64,000 bases of DNA, from positions 4,369 through 68,368 of the forward strand of contig JABDAP010000001.1 in NCBI GenBank assembly GCA_013289065.1. The letters are read 5' to 3'. The stretch is from Bacteroidota bacterium (GTDB taxonomy: Bacteria; Bacteroidota; Bacteroidia; Chitinophagales; Chitinophagaceae). A model generated the notes under the pieces. That model was not told the origin of the DNA and searched no databases. It saw only the letters and a program-made list of their open reading frames with translations. Below, in pieces: positions 49,795 through 58,597 of the stretch (positions are counted from its first letter, which is position 1; the number at the start of each line of letters is the position of its first letter). The position numbers and the translations under genes were made by a program.

Positions 49795-50889
49795 CTATAC
49801 AGTTACTTCAACAGGTTTGGTAACAGCCACGCTCGCATTCCTGATCGCAATATTTCTTACGGCTGCCGAAACAAAATTTCTGAATGCCTGCTGGCTCAAA
49901 GGGTCATTGCCGATCATTGCAGGAATACCATTATCACCGCCTTCGCGGATACTTTGTACCAATGGTATCTGCCCAAGGAACGGAAGGTCATACTCATCCG
50001 CTAACCGTTTACCACCTTCTTTTCCGAAGAGATAATATTTATTATCCGGTAATTCTGCCGGCGTAAAATATGCCATGTTCTCAACCAAACCGATAACAGG
50101 TACATTGATCTGCGCCTGTCCGAACATCGCAATCGCTTTCTTCGCATCGGCCAGCGCTACATTTTGCGGGGTGGTAACAACGATCACGCCGGTAACAGGC
50201 ACGGTTTGCATCAGCGTTAAATGAATATCGCCGGTGCCGGGTGGCATATCGATTACGAGGTAATCCAGTTCGCCCCAGTCAACATCTGTAATGAACTGGC
50301 GGATGGCGCTGCTTGCCATCGGGCCGCGCCAGACCACCGCATTCTTTTCATCCACCAATAAACCGATACTGATCAAACTGATCCCATATTTATGTAACGG
50401 TACGATCATTCCTTTTCCATTCACATCTTTCATCATCGGCCGCTCGCCGCGTACACCAAACATGATGGGTACGCTCGGCCCATAAATATCTGCATCCATC
50501 AAACCCACTTTTGCGCCACCTTCGGCAAGCGCCAATGCAAGATTAGCAGATACAGTGCTTTTCCCTACCCCGCCTTTGCCACTCACAACTGCAATAATAT
50601 TTTTTACACCCGCCAGCACCTGCTGGTTGTCTTTACGGGTACTCGATGTATTGGCCGTAAAGTTTACCTGTACCACCGCTTCTTTATTAACTAATATTTT
50701 AACGGCATTCTCACTTGCGGTCCGCATCATATCCTTCATCGGGCACGCCGGTGTGGTTAATACGATCGTAAAACTTACTTCATTGCCATTGATGGCTATA
50801 TCTTTTACCATGTTTAGTGTTACCAGGTCCTTGCCCAGGTCGGGCTCCTGCACATTGCTTAGCGCCTTGAGAATATCAGCTTCGGTCAT
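49795..50889 (-). CDS. mrp: Mrp/NBP35 Fe-S cluster carrier ATPase
   Basis: DUF59 N-domain (EPDLGKDLV, TTPACP), SGKGGVGKST, DADIYGPS, WRGPM, DMPPGTGD. Confidence 0.95.
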   Translation of the reverse strand: MTEADILKALSNVQEPDLGKDLVTLNMVKDIAINGNEVSFTIVLTTPACPMKDMMRTASENAVKILVNKEAVVQVNFTANTSSTRKDNQQVLAGVKNIIAVVSGKGGVGKSTVSANLALALAEGGAKVGLMDADIYGPSVPIMFGVRGERPMMKDVNGKGMIVPLHKYGISLISIGLLVDEKNAVVWRGPMASSAIRQFITDVDWGELDYLVIDMPPGTGDIHLTLMQTVPVTGVIVVTTPQNVALADAKKAIAMFGQAQINVPVIGLVENMAYFTPAELPDNKYYLFGKEGGKRLADEYDLPFLGQIPLVQSIREGGDNGIPAMIGNDPLSQQAFRNFVSAAVRNIAIRNASVAVTKPVEVTV

Positions 50890-51030
50890 CACGAAAGTTT
50901 TTGTTAAAAAATAATCCAGACTGCAAAGTTAACCGCTGGCAGCCTTACTTTGTTGCAAATAAAGGACTTTCACAAAAGGAAAAGTGGCGGTATGAATTTT
51001 GTGTGCAAAGCCTTTGTATTTTTGAGCCGG

Positions 51031-51678
51031 ATGAATAAACTGCTACGATACCTTTTATTGACGATTGCACTGGTTACGCTTCAAAAAAGCTGGTCCCAAC
51101 AGATTAGTCCTTATCGTGACTCTGTGGTTCAGTTATATGGCGTAGTGATGACGGCTGACAGCCTTCAGGGCGTTCCTTCCTGTAGTGTGATCGTAGATGG
51201 AAAAGGGCGCGGAACCATTACCAGTTATGACGGCGTGTTTTCGATCGCAGTATTAAAAGGCGACATGATCACTTTTTCAAGCGTTGGCTTTAAGAACCGT
51301 ACCATACAAATACCCCGCGACCTGGTTGGAAACCAATACAGCGTTATCCAGTTGTTGGTGAGTGATACTGCCTATCTTCCGGCCACCATACTTAAACCCA
51401 GGCCCACACGCGAACAGTTTGAGCGCGACTTCCTCAACAATAAAGTACCAGACGATCTTTATGAAACGGCCCGTAAAAATACGGATGAAGCCACCAGGAG
51501 ATTACTGCTTGCCAGTTTACCTGCTGATGGAAGGGAAGCCGTAAATTACCAGCTGCGCCAGCAGGCCACCAAAGCCTATTATGCCGGCCAGGTACCACCC
51601 ATGAATATCCTGAACCCCGCGGCCTGGGCAGATTTTATACAGGCATGGAAAAGGGGTGATTTCAAAAATAAAAATTGA
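51031..51678 (+). CDS. Carboxypeptidase-regulatory-like domain protein
   Basis: Signal peptide, VQLYGVV, RGTITSYDGVFSI, FSSVGFK. Confidence 0.85.
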   Translation: MNKLLRYLLLTIALVTLQKSWSQQISPYRDSVVQLYGVVMTADSLQGVPSCSVIVDGKGRGTITSYDGVFSIAVLKGDMITFSSVGFKNRTIQIPRDLVGNQYSVIQLLVSDTAYLPATILKPRPTREQFERDFLNNKVPDDLYETARKNTDEATRRLLLASLPADGREAVNYQLRQQATKAYYAGQVPPMNILNPAAWADFIQAWKRGDFKNKN

Positions 51679-51785
51679 TCCTGAACCAGATTTTGGTTGA
51701 TTGCCGGGATTAGATGGAAATCTGTTCCCGATAATTCGTGATACCCTTTACATTTGCCGGGTACATTGCAGTAAAAAATAAGAAC

Positions 51786-52682
51786 ATGTCTGTAGAAAGA
51801 ATAACCGTGATCGGTGCGGGAACCATGGGTAATGGCATCGCACATGTATTTGCGCAAAATGGTTTTAGCGTAACGCTTGTTGATGTTAATGCAGCACAAC
51901 TTGAAAAAGCTGTACAAACCATTGAAAAAAATCTGGAACGGCAGGTAACAAAAGGTGCATTAACCGCTGAACAAAAACAACAGGCGCTTGCAAATCTCAG
52001 CGCCCAAACAGATATTGCTGCAGGCGTTAAAGAAGCCGACCTTGTTGTAGAAGCCGCAACCGAAAACACAGACCTCAAACTAACTATTTTTAAACAGCTG
52101 GATGCAGCTGCGAAGCCCGGAGCTATTTTAGCAAGTAATACATCCTCTATTTCTATTACAAAAATTGCGGCTGTTACCAAAAGGCCTGATCATGTTATCG
52201 GTATGCATTTTATGAATCCGGTTCCGGTAATGAAATTAGTAGAGATCATTAATGGCTATGCAACAAAAGCTGAAGTAACAGAAACTATCGTTGCATTAAG
52301 CAAACAATTGGGCAAAGTGCCCTGCGTAGTAAACGATTACCCCGGATTCATCGCCAACCGGATTTTAATGCCGATGATCAATGAAGCGGTTTATAGTTTG
52401 TATGAAGGCATTGCCGGTGTGGAAGAGATCGATACCATCATGAAACTTGGAATGGCGCACCCGATGGGGCCATTGCAGCTGGCTGATTTTATTGGACTGG
52501 ATGTTTGCCTGAGCATACTGAATGTTTTATACAATGGCTTTGGAAATACAAAATATGCACCTTGTCCGTTATTGGTAAACATGGTGATGGCAGGAAAACT
52601 GGGTGTGAAAACAGGCGAAGGATTTTATCGATACACAACGGGAAGCAAAGAAATGATGGTGAGTGAGCGTTTTAAAAAATAA
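51786..52682 (+). CDS. hbd: 3-hydroxybutyryl-CoA dehydrogenase
   Basis: VIGAGTMGNGIA, ASNTSSISIT, GMHFMNPVP, PGFIANR, HPMGPL.LAD.IGLD. Confidence 0.95.
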   Translation: MSVERITVIGAGTMGNGIAHVFAQNGFSVTLVDVNAAQLEKAVQTIEKNLERQVTKGALTAEQKQQALANLSAQTDIAAGVKEADLVVEAATENTDLKLTIFKQLDAAAKPGAILASNTSSISITKIAAVTKRPDHVIGMHFMNPVPVMKLVEIINGYATKAEVTETIVALSKQLGKVPCVVNDYPGFIANRILMPMINEAVYSLYEGIAGVEEIDTIMKLGMAHPMGPLQLADFIGLDVCLSILNVLYNGFGNTKYAPCPLLVNMVMAGKLGVKTGEGFYRYTTGSKEMMVSERFKK

Positions 52683-52734
52683 GCGCTGATGTTTTTAGAT
52701 ATTGTACCACTTTAATCAAAAATGGAAAGTGTCA

Positions 52735-52789
52735 GCCACCGATTCACAGATTTTCACTGATCATCTGTATCAATCTGCGAATTTGTGGC
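52735..52789. repeat. Degenerate palindromic REP-like element
   Basis: gccaccgattcacagatt...aatctgcgaatttgtggc. Confidence 0.7.
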
Positions 52790-52808
52790 GAGATAATATT
52801 TACTGCTT

Positions 52809-53567
52809 ATGTTTTTTGTCCTGTCAAAAATATTGTTCTTCCTGCTGATGCCTGTCTGGTGGATCGCTGTTTTATTGATATGGAGCTGGCTCACTAAAAA
52901 ACCAATTGTAAAAAAACGCCTGCGCATCATTGTGATCGTTATCGTTGTGGTGTTTACCAATCCATACCTGTATCGCTCCCTGGTTGCTGCATGGCAAACG
53001 AAAGCCACTATACTTCCTGTAAATAAAACATTCGAAGCCGGTATTGTTTTGGGAGGTTTCTCCGGCTATGATAAAAACAACCAGGGCCATTTCGGAAGCA
53101 ATGTTGATCGTTTTATCCAGACCGCCAATCTTTATCATGAAGGCATCATTAAAAAGATCATTATCAGCGGAGGTAATGGTTTACTCTCACAGGATGGCCC
53201 GCCTGAAGCAATCTTTGCGAGAACCCAATTTATTTTAAATGGGGTGAGAGATGCAGATATCGTTATGGAAAGCAGGTCGAGAAATACTTTTGAAAATGCG
53301 GCGTATTCAAAGCACATTACAGATTCGCTGCAATTACATCCACCGTTTATATTGATCACTTCGGCTATTCATATGCGGCGTTCATTAAGTGTGTTTAAAA
53401 GGTCGGGATTTGATTGCATACCATATCCCTGCGATTACAAAGTTGTACCCGAAAAGTTAGATCCTTATAATACGATCATTCCAAATGTTACACTGTTGAA
53501 TGAATGGCCTCAGTTTCTTAAGGAAGTAATAGGATTGTATGTATATAAACTTACCGGCAAAGCGTAA
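52809..53567 (+). CDS. YdcF/ElyC (DUF218) family protein
   Basis: IVLGG, ISGG, ESRSRNTFENA, ITSAIHMRRS, KEVIG. Confidence 0.92.
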   Translation: MFFVLSKILFFLLMPVWWIAVLLIWSWLTKKPIVKKRLRIIVIVIVVVFTNPYLYRSLVAAWQTKATILPVNKTFEAGIVLGGFSGYDKNNQGHFGSNVDRFIQTANLYHEGIIKKIIISGGNGLLSQDGPPEAIFARTQFILNGVRDADIVMESRSRNTFENAAYSKHITDSLQLHPPFILITSAIHMRRSLSVFKRSGFDCIPYPCDYKVVPEKLDPYNTIIPNVTLLNEWPQFLKEVIGLYVYKLTGKA

Positions 53568-53589
53568 TGAAAGAGGGCAACTGTTTTTT

Positions 53590-54201
53590 TCAATTCTCGC
53601 TCTGCTTTACTTCTATCGTGTGCAGCTGTTTTAGTTTGTATAACACTTCTTCTCTTTTTGCTTTGGGAACGCCGATCTTCAGTAAACAAAATAACTGTAC
53701 TTCCTGCAACGCAACGCTGCACCCTGTTTGTTTGATGACCATCATCACTTCATTCATCAATGTATAATCAAAATGCAGTTCATACATTATTTCGATTGGT
53801 TTTTGAATTGCGGGAACCAGTTGTAAAACCATTGCTGTGGCCGACCGGTACGCCTGTATCAATCCCGGCACGCCTAATAAAGTGCCGCCAAAATAACGCA
53901 CCACGATCACAATGATATTAGTCAGCTGCTTGCTGTCTATCTGCCCCAGTATGGGTTTACCGGCAGTTCCGGATGGTTCGCCGTCATCACTCACCCTGAA
54001 TACATTTCCATCCCACCCTATGCGGTAAGCAAAACAATGATGTACCGCTTTGGGATGTTCTTTTTTTAGTTGCTGCAGATATTGTTTGCAGTTATCAACT
54101 GTTTGAACAGGATATGCATAGGCAATAAATTTACTGCCCCTGTCTTTATATTCAGCGAATGCATTTTTTTCTATGGTTTGATAATGGTCGGGGCCTGTCA
54201 T
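53590..54201 (-). CDS. yigZ: YigZ/IMPACT family protein
   Basis: GSKFIA, HHCFAYR, DDGEPSGTAGKPIL, VVRYFGGTLLGVPGL. Confidence 0.93.
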   Translation of the reverse strand: MTGPDHYQTIEKNAFAEYKDRGSKFIAYAYPVQTVDNCKQYLQQLKKEHPKAVHHCFAYRIGWDGNVFRVSDDGEPSGTAGKPILGQIDSKQLTNIIVIVVRYFGGTLLGVPGLIQAYRSATAMVLQLVPAIQKPIEIMYELHFDYTLMNEVMMVIKQTGCSVALQEVQLFCLLKIGVPKAKREEVLYKLKQLHTIEVKQSEN

Positions 54202-55088
54202 AATGTATCGCCAAAAGCAATCAGGTAAATAGCTGCAAGTGATAAAGCGATACCCATCCAGTTGATCTTTGATAAACGTTCTTTAAACAGCAGCCACGCA
54301 ACTACTGAACTGAATAATACAATACCCATATTATTTACAGGAATACTCGCACTGCTCTGCCATGGGCTCACTTTTAAAAAACGAACGAGGCACCAGATAG
54401 AAAAATAATTCGGGACACCGATAATAATACCGGCAAGCAAATGCTTTACAGCAAATTTTTGTTTGCCGGTTATATATTGCATCAACAACAATACCGAGCC
54501 GATAATAGCCGCCGATAAAAACCCGCTGATGAGATACGCATTTTTATTTTCTTCCGTTACATATAGTTTCTGCACATGGTTGATCAATGCATCGAGCAAA
54601 CCGCTGCCGACAAATAAAATAAAGGGTAAAAAATATTCCCATTTTTTAATAGCCGCTTCTTTACCTGCTTCCTGTTCTTTGTTTTGATAACAGGTAAGAA
54701 CCACGGCCAGCAAAGCAAGTATCACACCCGCAAGTTTCCAGCCCTGTACCGTTTCTCCATATAAATAAACGGATAACACAACCGGGATGATCAATGATAA
54801 TTTATTAGCCACCGATGCAACAGCTACGCTGATCTTTTGCGCTGTTAAACCAACCACGTTAAAAATAGAAACAAACAATACACCCATTACACAGGCCCAT
54901 TTAAACCAGGGTGTTTGTACAGTTGCGGCATTTACGGGAAATGACCCGTTTACAACAGAACCTGTGACAACGCATGTGATATAATTAAAAACGATCGCCT
55001 GGAAAATGCTTACGTTATATTTTTTGCAAACTTTGAATGCAAGCGTGAGATAGCTGGTTAAGATGATACTTCCGATGAGATATAGCAT
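54198..55088 (-). CDS. EamA/DMT family transporter
   Basis: About 10 TM helices in two repeats; LFKERLS. Confidence 0.85.
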   Translation of the reverse strand: MLYLIGSIILTSYLTLAFKVCKKYNVSIFQAIVFNYITCVVTGSVVNGSFPVNAATVQTPWFKWACVMGVLFVSIFNVVGLTAQKISVAVASVANKLSLIIPVVLSVYLYGETVQGWKLAGVILALLAVVLTCYQNKEQEAGKEAAIKKWEYFLPFILFVGSGLLDALINHVQKLYVTEENKNAYLISGFLSAAIIGSVLLLMQYITGKQKFAVKHLLAGIIIGVPNYFSIWCLVRFLKVSPWQSSASIPVNNMGIVLFSSVVAWLLFKERLSKINWMGIALSLAAIYLIAFGDTL

Positions 55089-55156
55089 TATTGGTTTATT
55101 GGTTTACTAGTTTATTGGTTTATTAGTTTATTGGTTTATTAGTTTACTGGTTTATT
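55088..55156. repeat. Octamer tandem repeat (TTTAYTRG) x~8 overlapping the ribD stop
   Basis: ttattggtttattggtttactagtttattggtttattagtttattggtttattagtttactggtttatt. Confidence 0.88.
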
Positions 55157-56188
55157 TGTGTAATAAAAAATGGTGTCAGATACTAATTTTTCGTTTCTTT
55201 CCGGTTGGCGACCGGGCGAAGGTGCGTTTAATCCGTTAGTAATCGTCAATTCTTCATTACAAATTATTCTGGCTTCATCCCAAACACCTGCATCGATAAA
55301 AGATCGCAGCAGTTGTGCGCCGCCTTCTACCAGTATACTTTGCAGGCCCAACCGGTAAGATGCATCCCGTATTTGCTGAATGATATTTTCCTGTCTGTTT
55401 ATTTTGTGATAAATGATATTTGTATTTTCCTCCTGTTTGATAAAATTGAAAACAATTGTTTTTTGCAGCCGGTCAAATAGTTTTAAATGCAGGGGTAACC
55501 GGAGTTCTTTATCCAACACCATTCTTACCGGATCATTCCCTTTCCACAAACGATTGGTTAAGGAAGGATCATCCAGCAAAGCAGTATTTGTACCGATCAG
55601 TATCGCCGCTTCTTCACTTCTCCATTGATGCACAAGCCGGTTAGCATATTCATTGCTGATCAATAAGCGTTCATTTGTATTACCCGCTATTTTTCCATCT
55701 GCCGTTTGCGCCCATTTTAAAATGATATACGGCCGTTGCTGTGTATGAAAAACAAAAAAACGTTTATTCAGTTCAATACATTCGTTTTCGAGTACGCCAT
55801 TCATAACTTCAATACCGGCATTTTTCAGTTTCTCTATTCCTTTACCATTTACTTCTGTGAACGGATCGCGGCTGCCGATCACCACTTTGTGGATTTTATT
55901 TTTTATGATCAGGTCTGCACATGGCGGTGTTTTGCCAAAATGCGCACAGGGTTCGAGCGATACATACAAGGTTGATCCTGCGATAAGCGGTATATCGGTT
56001 TCGCTAACACTATCCAGGCAATTTACTTCCGCATGCGGGCCGCCGTATTTTTTGTGCCAGCCTTCGCCGATGATCCTGTTCTCATAAACCAGAACCGCCC
56101 CTACCATTGGGTTTGGCGCAACATTGCCCGAGCCCAGGAGAGCCAGCTCTATACAGCGCTGCATATATATTTCGTTCGTGTTCAGCAT
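55139..56188 (-). CDS. ribD: Riboflavin biosynthesis deaminase/reductase
   Basis: PNPMVGAV, HAEV, LEPCAHFGKTPPC, LKWAQTADG, VEGGA. Confidence 0.96.
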   Translation of the reverse strand: MLNTNEIYMQRCIELALLGSGNVAPNPMVGAVLVYENRIIGEGWHKKYGGPHAEVNCLDSVSETDIPLIAGSTLYVSLEPCAHFGKTPPCADLIIKNKIHKVVIGSRDPFTEVNGKGIEKLKNAGIEVMNGVLENECIELNKRFFVFHTQQRPYIILKWAQTADGKIAGNTNERLLISNEYANRLVHQWRSEEAAILIGTNTALLDDPSLTNRLWKGNDPVRMVLDKELRLPLHLKLFDRLQKTIVFNFIKQEENTNIIYHKINRQENIIQQIRDASYRLGLQSILVEGGAQLLRSFIDAGVWDEARIICNEELTITNGLNAPSPGRQPERNEKLVSDTIFYYTNKPVN

Positions 56189-56220
56189 AAGAGAATTGAC
56201 AAAAATAACCAAATGCTGCT

Positions 56221-56228
56221 TAACATTG
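56221..56228 (+). promoter_or_regulatory. -7-like element (TAACATTG) of prmC
   Basis: One mismatch to TAnnTTTG, 4 nt before the ATG. Confidence 0.45.
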
Positions 56229-56232
56229 CAGC

Positions 56233-57117
56233 ATGACCCTGGAATCAGCACAACAGCAACTGCAGCTACAACTAAAAAATTTGTACGCCGAACGCGAAGC
56301 GGCCAATATTACCGATTGGGTAATGGAACATGTTACCGGCAAAAAAAAGATAGAACGTTTATTGGATAAACATATGTTATTGCCTGAAAACGTACAGGCG
56401 CAGTTACAGCAAATAACAAAAGAATTACGCACACACAGGCCGGTTCAGTATGTACTGGGTGAAACCTGGTTTTGCGGGATGAAATTTTTTGTAAACGAAC
56501 ATGTTTTGATACCGAGGCCCGAGACGGAAGAGTTGGTTGATTGGGTTGTGGAAGAAAGTGAAGAGTTAAAAGTGAAAAGTGAAAAGTTATTGGATGTGGG
56601 AACCGGAAGCGGTTGTATTCCCATTGCATTAAAAAAGAAACTGGGCAGCAGTGCATCCATTACTTCTGTTGATGTTAGCAAAGATGCTTTACAGGTTGCA
56701 CAAAAAAATGCTGATGCATTGGGCGCAGATGTATCGTTTCTGCATATCGATTTTTTAAATGAAGATGGCTGGGAAGGGTTGCCTGTATTTGATTGTATCG
56801 TAAGCAACCCGCCGTATATCAAACGGTCGGAAGAAAAGGATATGGGTAAGAATGTGCTCGATTTTGAGCCGGGTATTGCTTTATTTGTCCCGGATGAAGA
56901 TGCCTTATTATTTTACAGAAAGATCGCATTGTTTGCAAAAGAACATCTTGCCAAAAATGGGTTTATCTTTTTAGAGATCAATGAAGCATTGGGAAAAGGA
57001 GTAACTGAATTGTACAACAGTTTTGGATATGTTGTTGAATTGAGAAAAGATCTTCAGGGAAAGGACAGGATGATGAAGGTCAATTTGATCCCGAGTACTC
57101 AGGAGAAAATTTGCTAA
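56233..57117 (+). CDS. prmC: Release factor glutamine methyltransferase
   Basis: PVQYVLG, VLIPRPETEELV, LDVGTGSGCI, SNPPY, FEP..ALF. Confidence 0.96.
   Translation: MTLESAQQQLQLQLKNLYAEREAANITDWVMEHVTGKKKIERLLDKHMLLPENVQAQLQQITKELRTHRPVQYVLGETWFCGMKFFVNEHVLIPRPETEELVDWVVEESEELKVKSEKLLDVGTGSGCIPIALKKKLGSSASITSVDVSKDALQVAQKNADALGADVSFLHIDFLNEDGWEGLPVFDCIVSNPPYIKRSEEKDMGKNVLDFEPGIALFVPDEDALLFYRKIALFAKEHLAKNGFIFLEINEALGKGVTELYNSFGYVVELRKDLQGKDRMMKVNLIPSTQEKIC
56554..56588 (+). repeat. Five AAAAGTG-type heptamers inside prmC
   Basis: GAAAGTG AAGAGTT AAAAGTG AAAAGTG AAAAGTT. Confidence 0.75.
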
Positions 57118-57138
57118 TTTAAAAATGCTTTTGCTTTC

Positions 57139-57172
57139 ATTTTCAAATTTTCAAATTACCATATTTTCAAAT
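57139..57172. repeat. ATTTTCAA octamer repeats between convergent prmC and exbD
   Basis: attttcaaattttcaaattaccatattttcaaatt. Confidence 0.65.
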
Positions 57173-57577
57173 TTACTTCAGCCCGTTACTATTCACCGCC
57201 ATCACCGGAGTAGCTCCTAATTTTTTAATGACCTGCATTACACGGATGGCCGTACCGAGGTGTGCGGTGCTGTCGCCATTAATTACAACGGATGGCTTAT
57301 CGGTTTCTTTGGCGAGATAGGTTTTGAGTTCCGTTTCCAACTGGTCGATGGAAATTTTCTTTTGTGCAAAATACAGGTTCTGGTCTTTATCAACAGTGAT
57401 CACAACCGTCTGTTTTGATTTGGTATCGCTTTTTGCTTTGGGGTTAGATACCTTGATCACATTGGGATTGGCGAGTGTTGACACGATCAGAAAAAACAAT
57501 AACAGGATGAATAAAATATCATTCAATGCACCGGTGTGCACTTCGGGGTGAGATTTTAGTCGTTTCCTGATGTTCAT
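57173..57577 (-). CDS. exbD: Biopolymer transporter ExbD
   Basis: LNDILFILLLFFLI TM segment, VVINGD. Confidence 0.92.
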   Translation of the reverse strand: MNIRKRLKSHPEVHTGALNDILFILLLFFLIVSTLANPNVIKVSNPKAKSDTKSKQTVVITVDKDQNLYFAQKKISIDQLETELKTYLAKETDKPSVVINGDSTAHLGTAIRVMQVIKKLGATPVMAVNSNGLK

Positions 57578-57578
57578 T

Positions 57579-57733
57579 GTTAATTAATAATTAGTAATTA
57601 ATAGTTAATAATTAAATGCGGTTGTTTGCCTGTTGAGTAATGGTAAGAACGTACAAGTGTGCGACGCAAGGGTGTTTAATTTATATTCTATAGCTTGGTC
57701 AATTCCTGTTTTCATAATTATTAATTACTAATT
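57579..57733. repeat. TAATTA(G/A) heptamer arms flanking a ~100-bp core
   Basis: gttaattaataattagtaattaatagttaataatt...cataattattaattactaatt. Confidence 0.65.
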
Positions 57734-57739
57734 CGCGCG

Positions 57740-58423
57740 TCAGCGCGTGGGTTCTTGTAACACATCAATAAACTCCGCGCTTGCTGCTTCCATTTTGTTG
57801 GCGGTTTTATCTATTTGTGTTGTTAGTGCATTGTGGCCGATATATGCAAGCAAACCGATGATCAGGCCTGTTCCTGATGTGATCATCTTTACATAGATAC
57901 CGCCTGCAATATCATTCAGTGTAAATTGTCCCGAGCTGGCAATACCGTAAAACAATTGTATCATACCCACAATGGTTCCCAAAAAACCGAACATCGGCGC
58001 GATACCGGCGATAAGTGAAAGGATGGAAAGGTTTTTTTCCATTGTGTACATTTCCAGCTTGCCCACGTTCTCCATACTTTTTTCTATCGCATCGATGGGT
58101 TTGCCGATCCTTTGTAAACCTTTATCGATCATTCTTGCAACGGGATTATTCGTATTCTTTGCGAGGTTGCGTGCGGCTGTTACATTTCCGCTGATGATAT
58201 TGTCGCGGATGATGTTCATAAAATTCGGATCGATACGCGATGCTTTGCGGATGGCGAGTAAGCGTTCGATAAATACAAAGATCGCAGCCACCAATAAAAA
58301 ATAAAGCGGGTACATGATCCATCCGCCTTTTTCCAGTAAGCTCCACAACGATATTTTTTCAGGGGCAGCGGGTATTGCGGCCGCTACTTTTTGCATGGTA
58401 TCAATCTGCAGGAGATCAAACAT
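57740..58423 (-). CDS. exbB: MotA/TolQ/ExbB proton channel protein
   Basis: GGWIM, IAPMFGFLGTIVGMI, GGIYVKMITS. Confidence 0.92.
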   Translation of the reverse strand: MFDLLQIDTMQKVAAAIPAAPEKISLWSLLEKGGWIMYPLYFLLVAAIFVFIERLLAIRKASRIDPNFMNIIRDNIISGNVTAARNLAKNTNNPVARMIDKGLQRIGKPIDAIEKSMENVGKLEMYTMEKNLSILSLIAGIAPMFGFLGTIVGMIQLFYGIASSGQFTLNDIAGGIYVKMITSGTGLIIGLLAYIGHNALTTQIDKTANKMEAASAEFIDVLQEPTR

Positions 58424-58597
58424 CTCGTATAAATTTAGGTGACACTAAAATTAGATGCTTCTACAAAAGAACAGTACAGTTGTGAATAAAATTACGCTGG
58501 CCCGGTTTTTTATGAAAGCTTTTACACATATGGTTATTCCGGTTTGTATAACTACAGCTGAGAATTATGTTCTAACTTGTCTTAACAATTCATTTTT

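Noticed and set aside
58424-58597. mgtL-like leader peptide or M-box riboswitch upstream of mgtA
   Set aside because: The upstream ORF is not proline-rich and I see no recognisable riboswitch structure; an Rfam search would settle it.
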